Source of the DNA: an uncultured Candidatus Saccharibacteria bacterium
Lineage (GTDB): Bacteria > Patescibacteriota > Minisyncoccia > Minisyncoccales > JAGGXC01
DNA: 52,600 nt
Reading direction: 5' to 3'
NCBI GenBank assembly: GCA_964470765.1
Contig: CAYYDV010000001.1
Coordinates: forward strand, 1 to 52,600
Shown here: piece after piece, positions 43,824 through 50,573 of the stretch
Layout: every line of letters begins with the position of its first letter
Position numbering within the stretch: the stretch's first letter is position 1
Notes under the pieces: generated by a model
Databases searched by the model: none
Seen by the model: the letters and a program-made list of their open reading frames with translations, nothing else
Told to the model about the DNA's origin: nothing
Position numbers and translations under genes: made by a program

Positions 43824-44318
43824 TTACCCTTCTAAAACCTCAATGTAAGTTCTCTTTGCTCCGAAGATCTTAGCTTCGTCTTTTGAAGGAAACCAGATAT
43901 CTACATGGTAATAGCCTTTTTTCCGATGCATCCGGTCTTCAATTACAAAGATTTCATCTCCGTAGATCTCCGGAATTCTAATTTCTGTTCCAAAAGGATA
44001 CTTATTATTAGCTACGATTCCTTCTCTCACTTGAGCTCCACTAGCAGTAATTAAAGGACTTTCATCGGTCTCTTCAGGCGAAGAGGAATAACCAGTAATT
44101 ATTACTTTTATTTCTTTAACTACTATTTTATTCCTAACCGGGACCAAACTGTTATCTTGAATAGTAATTAAATTATCTTCTAAATTTTTCATTGTAAAAT
44201 CAACGGATTCTTCAATCATATCTGCTTCCATCTGTTGAACTCCCAGCCAAAAACAAAGAGTAATGGCAATTATTCCTCCCCAGAAAAAAATAATTAAATT
44301 TTCTGAATTTCTAAGCAT
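43824..44318 (-). CDS. 3D-domain (MltA/RlpA-like DPBB) cell-wall protein
   Basis: N-terminal TM, then ITGYSSSPEETDESPLITASGAQVREGIVANNKYPFGTEIRIPE...FVIEDRM. Confidence 0.75.
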   Translation of the reverse strand: MLRNSENLIIFFWGGIIAITLCFWLGVQQMEADMIEESVDFTMKNLEDNLITIQDNSLVPVRNKIVVKEIKVIITGYSSSPEETDESPLITASGAQVREGIVANNKYPFGTEIRIPEIYGDEIFVIEDRMHRKKGYYHVDIWFPSKDEAKIFGAKRTYIEVLEG

Positions 44319-44324
44319 TGTCCT

Positions 44325-44353
44325 AAGTTAACTTATCTAAAATTGGTTGTCAA
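44325..44353 (-). promoter_or_regulatory. Sigma70-like promoter TTGACA-17-TAACTT, positioned to give a leaderless transcript of the 3D-domain gene
   Basis: The minus strand reads ggTTGACAaccaattttagataagtTAACTTaggacaATG. Only 6 nt separate the -10 box from the ATG. Confidence 0.4.
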
Positions 44354-44360
44354 CCCCCTA

Positions 44361-44391
44361 ATAAAAAAGGGGTTATTTATATAAATAACCC
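44361..44391 (-). terminator. Intrinsic terminator after the TFB-like gene
   Basis: The minus strand reads GGGTTATTTA-ta-TAAATAACCC followed by CTTTTTTAT. Confidence 0.7.
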
Positions 44392-44416
44392 TAAAATATG
44401 TCCAGCCTGTGGCTTT

Positions 44417-45343
44417 TTACAAAGCGATGTCGATGCTTAGTTCCTCAGCTAATTTCTTGTATCTGTTACGGACAGTAACTTCTGTAACTCCAGCCACATC
44501 AGCTACTTCTCTCTGGGTTCTTTTTTCTCCGCAAAGTATGCTGGCAATATAGACCGAAGCAGCGACAGTTCCTGTTGGGCCTTTCCCAGTAGACAACTCC
44601 TTTTTAGCAGATTCCTCTAATATTTCTATTGCTTTACTACGTACTCCTCCGTTTAGCTTTAATTGACTACAGAATCTTGAGACGTAGTCTATAGGTGAGG
44701 TTGGCATAAGTTTTAGACCAAGCTCTCGAGATAGAAGTCTGTAAGTTCTTCCGATTTTTTTTCTGGGAATTCCGGAGACACTGGCTATCTCATCTAAAGT
44801 TCTTGGTACGCCGCATTGTCTACAAGCAGCATATAAAGCAGCAGCAGTTTCTTTTATAGCTCTTCCTCTGGTCAAACCTTTCATTGTCGCCTTTCTATAA
44901 ATTACACTTGCTGTTTCTCTGATGTCTCTTGAAAGCACTGCAACAGAACTCATTCTGGCTATTTCTGATAAGGCAGTAGATAAGTTGGCTTCTCTTGAAC
45001 CCTGCATCGCGAGTCTTTCTTGCCATTTCCTTAAACGATACATTTTATATCGGGTTTTCGCAGAAAGGGACTTTCCGTAAGAATCTCTACCTTTTCCTAT
45101 TACAGTGCTTAGATCTCTATCATATTGAGTAGGAGTTGTTGGTGGTCCAACTCGTTCTCGTTTGTCTCGCTGTTCTTTATCAAATGCCCTCCATTCAGGA
45201 CCATAATCAATTAAATCCCAATCAAGAACAAATCCACAATTCTCACAAACAATTTCGGCACGTGCTCTATCTCTTTCAAAATTAGTACCGCCACATTCTG
45301 GACACTTAGTTGTTTCTTCTATTTCTTTTCTCTCTTTTTTCAT
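44417..45343 (-). CDS. Transcription initiation factor IIB / archaeal TFB homologue, full length
   Basis: Zn ribbon CPECGG..(13)..CENCG. B-reader/linker [25 protein letters not shown]...DRDLSTVIG. Two cyclin-like repeats ([28 protein letters not shown]...[16 protein letters not shown] and [12 protein letters not shown]...AIEILEE...[16 protein letters not shown]). C-terminal [23 protein letters not shown]. Confidence 0.88.
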   Translation of the reverse strand: MKKERKEIEETTKCPECGGTNFERDRARAEIVCENCGFVLDWDLIDYGPEWRAFDKEQRDKRERVGPPTTPTQYDRDLSTVIGKGRDSYGKSLSAKTRYKMYRLRKWQERLAMQGSREANLSTALSEIARMSSVAVLSRDIRETASVIYRKATMKGLTRGRAIKETAAALYAACRQCGVPRTLDEIASVSGIPRKKIGRTYRLLSRELGLKLMPTSPIDYVSRFCSQLKLNGGVRSKAIEILEESAKKELSTGKGPTGTVAASVYIASILCGEKRTQREVADVAGVTEVTVRNRYKKLAEELSIDIAL

Positions 45344-45432
45344 TATTGTATCCAGCTCCTATTTATTTTTAAAATTGTTAAGCTTCTAATTATTGATTGT
45401 CATATTACACTCTAAATGTCAATGGTTTAACT

Positions 45433-45456
45433 GAAAAACCCCGATATAGTCGGGGC
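45433..45456 (-). terminator. Intrinsic terminator ending the tRNA-Arg/Ala/nudix/Phe/Gly unit
   Basis: The minus strand reads CCCCGA-ctata-TCGGGG followed by TTTTT. Confidence 0.7.
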
Positions 45457-45464
45457 TTTCCCTG

Positions 45465-45536
45465 AGCGGGAGACGGGGGTTGAACCCGCGATCTTCTCGT
45501 TGGCAACGAGACGTTCTACCACTGAACTACTCCCGC
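45465..45536 (-). tRNA. tRNA-Gly (anticodon GCC)
   Basis: Acceptor gcgggag/ctcccgc. Anticodon arm tctcg-ttGCCaa-cgaga. T-loop ttcaacc. Confidence 0.9.
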
Positions 45537-45543
45537 TTAATTG

Positions 45544-45616
45544 TGCCGCGGGCCGGACTTGCACCGGCTACCTCGAATTTTTCAGATTCGCGCTCTACTA
45601 CATGAGCTACCGCGGC
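45544..45616 (-). tRNA. tRNA-Phe (anticodon GAA)
   Basis: Acceptor gccgcgg/ccgcggc. D-loop atgtagta with no GG. Anticodon arm cgaat-ctGAAaa-attcg. The T-loop is tgcaagt (G at 55). Confidence 0.8.
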
Positions 45617-46017
45617 AAATATTTTCCTTTTACAAAATTTTTAAGACATAAAAACAAAGGTTGGGGTAAATTTTTCCAGGAAAACCAGCCAATTTCTGAC
45701 ATTTCCCGATTACAAACTTTAGCTTCTCCGGACTTCCAATCAGATTCAACCCATATTGTAATATAATGCTTTTTTTCCTTTTTGAAAAGGTCCTCGGTAA
45801 AGCCAATTACCTTTAAGTTTTTAATCTCAACTCCCACTTCTTCTTTGGTTTCCCGTTTGGCGCATTTTAAAATATCCTCTTCAAAATCAAGGTGTCCGCC
45901 GGGTGGGGCCCAAGTCCCATTACCATGAGAACCCTTTCTCTTAATCAAGAGGGTTTTATTATTTTTCTTCACTAAAGCTGATACTCCAACTTTAACTGAT
46001 TTATTTCTATAATCCAT
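45607..46017 (-). CDS. NUDIX hydrolase
   Basis: Nudix box GGHLDFEEDILKCAKRETKEEVGVE. The stop TAG (45607-09) lies inside tRNA-Phe positions 8-10. Confidence 0.88.
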   Translation of the reverse strand: MDYRNKSVKVGVSALVKKNNKTLLIKRKGSHGNGTWAPPGGHLDFEEDILKCAKRETKEEVGVEIKNLKVIGFTEDLFKKEKKHYITIWVESDWKSGEAKVCNREMSEIGWFSWKNLPQPLFLCLKNFVKGKYLPR

Positions 46018-46024
46018 TTTAGGG

Positions 46025-46095
46025 TGGACCCAGAGGGAGTCGAACCCTCGACTCTTCCATGCCGAGGAAGTATTTTACCGCTAGACTATGGGCCC
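46025..46095 (-). tRNA. tRNA-Ala (anticodon GGC, G3:U70, C at position 33)
   Basis: Acceptor gggccca/tgggtcc, which gives a G3:U70 pair. Anticodon arm cttcc-tcGGCat-ggaag. T-arm gaggg-ttcgact-ccctc. The D-stem is weak. Confidence 0.65.
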
Positions 46096-46112
46096 GAATT
46101 GTAATATTTCTG

Positions 46113-46184
46113 TACCCCCGAAAGGAATTGAACCTTTATCTAGAGTTTAGGAAACTCTTATTCTATCCGTTGAACTACGGGGGC
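46113..46184 (-). tRNA. tRNA-Arg (anticodon CCU)
   Basis: Acceptor gcccccg/cgggggt (G1:U72). D-loop aacggata. Anticodon arm agagt-ttCCTaa-actct. T-loop ttcaatt. Confidence 0.85.
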
Positions 46185-46217
46185 AATTCAGAGACAGTAT
46201 AGCAAAATTCTTTCTGG

Positions 46218-46243
46218 TTGACAATGTGATTTTATGTTAAAAT
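46218..46243 (+). promoter_or_regulatory. Promoter with TTGACA and an extended -10 (TGtTAAAAT), 7 nt before the htrA ATG
   Basis: Sequence ggTTGACAatgtgattttaTGtTAAAATtacttatATG. Confidence 0.4.
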
Positions 46244-46250
46244 TACTTAT

Positions 46251-47276
46251 ATGACAGAAGAATCTCAAGTTATTAAAACAATCAAGAAAGTCTTACCGGC
46301 AGTAGTCAGTATTACTATCTCCAAGTATCTGACTGTTTTTGAAAATCCATTTAAGCCAAACCCCTTTGGCTTTGAAGATTTCTTTGCTGTCCCTAAGGGC
46401 AAAAAGAAAGTAAAAGTTGGCGGTGGCTCAGGATTTATAGCAGATAAATCAGGAATAATTTTGACTAACCGTCATGTAGTCATTGATCCTCAAGCTGAAT
46501 ATGTAGTAGTTCTAAATGACAAAAGAAAGTTTAAAGCCAAAGTCATAGCTCGAGATCAGATTAATGATATTGCCATAATTAAAATTGACGAAAAGAATCT
46601 TCCAATACTGGAACTGGGTGATTCTTCTAATCTTGAACTAGGCCAAACGGTTATTGCTATTGGTAATACCTTAGGAAACTTTGCAAATACAGTTTCCGCA
46701 GGAGTAGTTTCCGGCTTAAGCCGACAGATAAAAGCAGTTGATGTCCTAGAGCAAAAAGTTCAGAGTTTAAAAGGGCTAATCCAAACTGATGCTGCTATCA
46801 ACCCAGGAAATTCCGGGGGTCCTCTAGTAAGCACTCAAGGAAAGATAATTGGTATTAACGCAGCTATGGTTCTTGGAGCTGAAAATGTTGGTTTTGCTAT
46901 TCCTGTCAATGCAGCTAAAAAGGATTTAGCTGACCTCAAGAGATATGGAAAAATCCGCCAGCCCTTTCTAGGCTTAAGATATATTCCCATAAGTAAAAAA
47001 TCGCAAGAGGATTACAATCTTCCAGTAAATTACGGAGCTCTGGTTATTTCCGAGGAAATTCCGGGTGGCGAAGCCGTAGTCCCCGGTGGTCCGGCTGAAA
47101 AAGCTGGGATTAAAGAAGCCGATATAATTTTAGAAATCCAAAGTAAAAAAATTACTCTCAAAAATCCCCTCCAAGACATTTTACAAGAATTTAAAGTCGG
47201 TGATGAAATTAAATTAAAAGTTCTGAGAAAAACTGAAGAAAATTTATTTAAAGCAATCTTAGCTGATAAGAAATAA
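46251..47276 (+). CDS. HtrA/DegP-family serine protease with one PDZ domain
   Basis: Catalytic triad contexts TNRHVV, NDIAIIK and GNSGGPL. C-terminal PDZ-like segment. Confidence 0.92.
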   Translation: MTEESQVIKTIKKVLPAVVSITISKYLTVFENPFKPNPFGFEDFFAVPKGKKKVKVGGGSGFIADKSGIILTNRHVVIDPQAEYVVVLNDKRKFKAKVIARDQINDIAIIKIDEKNLPILELGDSSNLELGQTVIAIGNTLGNFANTVSAGVVSGLSRQIKAVDVLEQKVQSLKGLIQTDAAINPGNSGGPLVSTQGKIIGINAAMVLGAENVGFAIPVNAAKKDLADLKRYGKIRQPFLGLRYIPISKKSQEDYNLPVNYGALVISEEIPGGEAVVPGGPAEKAGIKEADIILEIQSKKITLKNPLQDILQEFKVGDEIKLKVLRKTEENLFKAILADKK

Positions 47277-47290
47277 AGATTTTAAAATAA

Positions 47291-47316
47291 AAAAACAGCT
47301 TCTAAGAGCTGTTTTT
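47291..47316. terminator. Bidirectional intrinsic terminator
   Basis: AAACAGCT-tctaag-AGCTGTTT, flanked by A and T runs. Confidence 0.7.
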
Positions 47317-47330
47317 AATTTGGCAAATAA

Positions 47331-47759
47331 TTAGAAATGGTCTTTTGGTTTAAACTTAGAATAGATTTCATTAAATCTTTCTTCATCAAGATAAGTATTG
47401 TATTTTGTATGGTTTTTAATGTTTTTTACAATCAAATAAAAATCTCTTAGTTTATTAAATTTATCATTATCTTTGTATTTATCTAAAACTTCCTTATCAT
47501 TTCTATCTATAGCTAAAAGAAATTCATCTAAGCTAATGGTTGGTTCTATAATCCTGATTCTTTTTTCTAATGATTCTAAAGCTATTTTTTCAGGATATAG
47601 ATAGCCAATAAAATATAATATAGCTCTGGCTTCATTTAATTCCTCCCAAGATGGTTCCTTATTACCAAGTATTCTCTGGTATCTTTTCCAAAGATCTTCA
47701 AGGCTTTCTTCAATTTTCTTTGTGTCTAGTAAATAAGTATATTTTAATAAATCCTTCAT
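47331..47759 (-). CDS. Hypothetical all-helical protein, translationally coupled to the swivel-domain gene
   Basis: 142 aa with no motif I recognise. Its start overlaps the upstream stop by 4 nt. Confidence 0.5.
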   Translation of the reverse strand: MKDLLKYTYLLDTKKIEESLEDLWKRYQRILGNKEPSWEELNEARAILYFIGYLYPEKIALESLEKRIRIIEPTISLDEFLLAIDRNDKEVLDKYKDNDKFNKLRDFYLIVKNIKNHTKYNTYLDEERFNEIYSKFKPKDHF

Positions 47760-48046
47760 ATTGTTTTAATAATCTTACTATCAAAATCAATCATTACTTC
47801 GTCACCAGTCCTAAATTTCTTAGTTGCTTCATTAACCCCCATTAGAAGGGGTTTATTAAATTCCCTGGCAATGATAGCAGCATGACAGAGCTTGTTATCA
47901 ATTTCAGTAACAATTGCCTCTATATTATTGATAACAACAACTAAATCAGGAGTTGTATTTTTAGCAACTAAAATTACCTTATCTTTTATCCTATAGTAAT
48001 CCTCCTTATCATTTATTACTATAACTTTACCTTTAATAATGCTCAT
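47756..48046 (-). CDS. Stand-alone PEP-utilizer mobile (phosphohistidine swivel) domain protein
   Basis: The 96-aa sequence KGKVIVIND...KVILVAKNTTPDLVVVINNIEAIVTEIDNKLCHAAIIAREFNKPLLMGVNEATKKFRTGDEVMIDFDSKII matches the G.v.v....ILV...t.P.......aivt..G...sHaAIvARE...P...G pattern. Confidence 0.7.
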   Translation of the reverse strand: MSIIKGKVIVINDKEDYYRIKDKVILVAKNTTPDLVVVINNIEAIVTEIDNKLCHAAIIAREFNKPLLMGVNEATKKFRTGDEVMIDFDSKIIKTI

Positions 48047-48060
48047 AATTTCATCCTATC

Positions 48061-48120
48061 AAAAAACCGCCTCCTTGTCGCTGACGCTCTAAAGCTTTAG
48101 CGACGGAGCGGCGATTTTTT
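48061..48120. terminator. Long GC-rich hairpin flanked by A6 and T6, lying between tRNA-His and the swivel-domain gene
   Basis: AAAAAA-CCGCCTCC-tt-GTCGCT...AGCGAC-GGAGCGGCG-ATTTTTT. It ends 14 nt upstream of the ATG at 48046. Confidence 0.55.
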
Positions 48121-48124
48121 CGTG

Positions 48125-48201
48125 GGTGGTCGACCGGGATCGAACCGGCAAACCTTCCGGGCCACATCCGGATGCTCTAAACCAATTGAGCTACGACCAC
48201 C
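48125..48201 (-). tRNA. tRNA-His (anticodon GUG) with genome-encoded G-1
   Basis: Minus strand reads g-gtggtcg ... tccgg-atGTGgc-ccgga ... gccgg-ttcgatc-ccggt cgaccac c. G-1 pairs with C73, which is the bacterial type. Confidence 0.85.
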
Positions 48202-48212
48202 ATATCGTTTTT

Positions 48213-48662
48213 TTATTTCAAATCTAATATTAATCGTCTCGCGTAACCCCAGTCAATCCCTAATTTTTTACCAATTTTTCGATAGCTCCAACCCTTCTCT
48301 CTTAATAATTTCGCTCTAGATTTTCTCTTTCTATATGTTTCTTTTTTTCGCTTCATTTCTAGTAAATCTCTTCTTAGCTGGAGTATTGCTCTACAAGCCA
48401 TCTTTCTTTTAAGAATAAGACAAGGAACTACTTTCTTTAAAAACTTATAGATGTCTTCCTTGCGAGCAATGTAATAGAGCCAAGCATCCTTCCAATGTGC
48501 TTTTCTTTTTTTCAGTTTTATTACATGACCATAACCTGTAAAATTACAAATCTTATTAAGAATCTCCTCATTTGTCTGGGGAATTGTGATCCTAAACCCT
48601 TTTCCATTGGGAGAAATAGAGCCCTCACCATCAAAAAATCCTGCAATATATTTCCATGTCAT
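48213..48662 (-). CDS. Free-standing LAGLIDADG homing-endonuclease-like protein with a C-terminal helix-turn-helix
   Basis: Single LAGLIDADG motif YIAGFFDGEGS. A basic linker precedes GWSYRKIGKKLGIDWGYARRLI. Confidence 0.75.
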   Translation of the reverse strand: MTWKYIAGFFDGEGSISPNGKGFRITIPQTNEEILNKICNFTGYGHVIKLKKRKAHWKDAWLYYIARKEDIYKFLKKVVPCLILKRKMACRAILQLRRDLLEMKRKKETYRKRKSRAKLLREKGWSYRKIGKKLGIDWGYARRLILDLK

Positions 48663-48670
48663 ACACCTCT

Positions 48671-48699
48671 ATTCTATCATATTGTGGTTTTCCTAGCAA
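48671..48699 (-). promoter_or_regulatory. Sigma70-like promoter TTGCTA-17-TAGAAT, 8 nt before the LAGLIDADG ATG
   Basis: The minus strand reads aTTGCTAggaaaaccacaatatgaTAGAATagaggtgtATG. Confidence 0.45.
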
Positions 48700-48742
48700 T
48701 GGCTAACACCTATCTTATCCACAAGTGAATCTAGTCACCATA

Positions 48743-48814
48743 TGCCCTCAAGAGGAGTCGAACCTCTATCACCGGCTTAGAAGGCCAGTGTTCTATCCAT
48801 TGAACTATGAGGGC
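48743..48814 (-). tRNA. tRNA-Arg (anticodon UCU)
   Basis: Acceptor gccctca/tgagggc. D-loop aatggata. Anticodon arm ctggc-ctTCTaa-gccgg. T-loop ttcgact. Confidence 0.9.
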
Positions 48815-48844
48815 ATTCAATCTTTATACTTTACCCAAATTAAT

Positions 48845-49429
48845 CTACTCAGTCAATTCCTCCTTGAGTTTTTCCAGGAGAATCATATTCTGATATTTTG
48901 ACCCCTTATATTCATCTTCAAGACCTAAGCCTTTCTCTTGCCACATCTTTGCTCTTTGCCAGAGAAAAGGCATTCTCTCCCCCTTTATCATATAAAATTG
49001 AGTAAGATTAGATGCCGTTAATAATTCTTCAATATTTGAAGGCAGACTAGGTTCTTCAGGAAGTAGTTCTTCTGGAGGCAACTCCTCTGGAGTTGAAGTA
49101 GCTTCTTCAGGTAGAACTGGAGGAGAAATCCCTCCTCTCGTCATTTGGAAGGGATTAATATATTGTTTGGAATTAATATTTTCTAAGCTCTCTTCCCTTT
49201 GTTGCCATTGATTTATAACCTCCTGATAGGTTTCTTGTTTAAATTTTAAAAGCTCCCTAGCAGTCTCAATCTCCAGTTTTTCGGCTAAGATACTATATCG
49301 GTAAAAAACAAAGCCGCCTAAAATTAAGGCTATAGATAAAAGACCCCAGAAAGATAAAAAGGGATGGAGAGCTAAAGTTTTAGGTAGTTTTTTAAAAAGA
49401 TTTTTTATTCTTTCAATTTTTATCTTCAT
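48845..49429 (-). CDS. Membrane-anchored hypothetical protein, PilP-like position in the second pilMNO set
   Basis: One TM (FLSFWGLLSIALILGGFVF), the motif YINPFQM and a Pro/Glu-rich linker. Confidence 0.45.
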   Translation of the reverse strand: MKIKIERIKNLFKKLPKTLALHPFLSFWGLLSIALILGGFVFYRYSILAEKLEIETARELLKFKQETYQEVINQWQQREESLENINSKQYINPFQMTRGGISPPVLPEEATSTPEELPPEELLPEEPSLPSNIEELLTASNLTQFYMIKGERMPFLWQRAKMWQEKGLGLEDEYKGSKYQNMILLEKLKEELTE

Positions 49430-49470
49430 GCTTCAGTAGAATTCAGCATGACCCTGAGAAATTCAAAGGG

Positions 49471-50037
49471 TCATTTTGTGAAAACTTTTAATGAAAAGCT
49501 AGCTGTAATATCTCTCGCTGAAAACTTAGCTAACTCTTTAGTTCCAAGACCGCCTTCAGCCAGTCTTTTTAGATTTAACTCATAAATTTCAATTAAATAA
49601 GAGCTATTTTCCAATTTTTCAATAAATCTGGAAAAATCAGAAAAAGAGCCAAGGGCTTGTAAACGAAAATCTAGAAAAGGCCAAGGGCTTTCTTTGGTCC
49701 TCTCTGAAACAACTGAAGAAATTTCTATCAGAACATTTGAGTTAGAAGCAGTTTTCTCTAAAAAGTTAATAAATTCAACCGGAGATTCTGAAGTAATGAA
49801 TAAATCCTCTATTTTTTCTAGATCAGGTTTAATTTCTTGATAAACCGTTTTAAAATTTTGGAAATTCTTTATTTCCTCAGAAAAAGTAAGACGAGCTTCT
49901 TCTTCTAAAAGCAACTGCTGGGAACTTTCTTTTATTTCTTCAATCAAAGGAAGAATTACAAATAAAATTAGAATAAGGGAAATTCCTATAAATAGAATCA
50001 AAGATATATAATTTTTTTTATCAAGCTTTAATTTCAT
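49471..50037 (-). CDS. PilO-like protein, second copy
   Basis: 188 aa with an N-terminal TM followed by a coiled-coil. Follows the pilN-like gene with a 4-nt overlap. Confidence 0.5.
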   Translation of the reverse strand: MKLKLDKKNYISLILFIGISLILILFVILPLIEEIKESSQQLLLEEEARLTFSEEIKNFQNFKTVYQEIKPDLEKIEDLFITSESPVEFINFLEKTASNSNVLIEISSVVSERTKESPWPFLDFRLQALGSFSDFSRFIEKLENSSYLIEIYELNLKRLAEGGLGTKELAKFSARDITASFSLKVFTK

Positions 50038-50573
50038 TTTTTGATTTTGATTTTAAACCTTGAATTGAAATCTATGTCAATAGGCTTAATCCAGCAAGAA
50101 GGAGGAAAGTAAATCTCCTCAAAATTTTCTTTCTGTTCAAGATTTTCTTTAAATTCTAATAAAGCTTCTCTACTTTTAGAAAAACTAGAAAGGCTAACTT
50201 GGGAAGTGTTTTTCTGATAAGAAAAGTTATTTAAGTATATTTCCTCGGGTAGAGTTTTTGAAACTTCTTCTAAAATCTCAGTCAATTTAACCTGATTTTG
50301 ATAAAAAGAATTTAAATTGGAAAAAGTTTCATTGGCTAATTCAATTTTTTCCGAAAAGTTTTTGATTTCGGAAACCTCAAATTCTCCCTGTTCTTGCTCA
50401 AGAATAATCCTGGCCGCCTCAGCCCGACCTAAGATATAGATTCTCATTGAAGCCAAAATTAAAACTAAATACAGAAGAAAAATAAAGCCAAGAATTTCTA
50501 AAATTGAAACTATTTTTTTTCTCTCTTCGGTCTGAAGAATTTCTTTCTCTTTGGAAGGTAAGATATTAATCAT
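50034..50573 (-). CDS. PilN-like protein, second copy
   Basis: 179 aa with a single TM. Overlaps the pilM2 stop by 8 nt. Confidence 0.5.
   Translation of the reverse strand: MINILPSKEKEILQTEERKKIVSILEILGFIFLLYLVLILASMRIYILGRAEAARIILEQEQGEFEVSEIKNFSEKIELANETFSNLNSFYQNQVKLTEILEEVSKTLPEEIYLNNFSYQKNTSQVSLSSFSKSREALLEFKENLEQKENFEEIYFPPSCWIKPIDIDFNSRFKIKIKK

Noticed and set aside
44417-45343. Whole window being archaeal (DPANN) because of the TFB gene
   Set aside because: NAD-dependent LigA, RecG, FtsH, bacterial L19/S1/RbfA, PilM/N/O/T, encoded G-1 on tRNA-His, sigma70-like promoters and intrinsic terminators all point to a bacterium.
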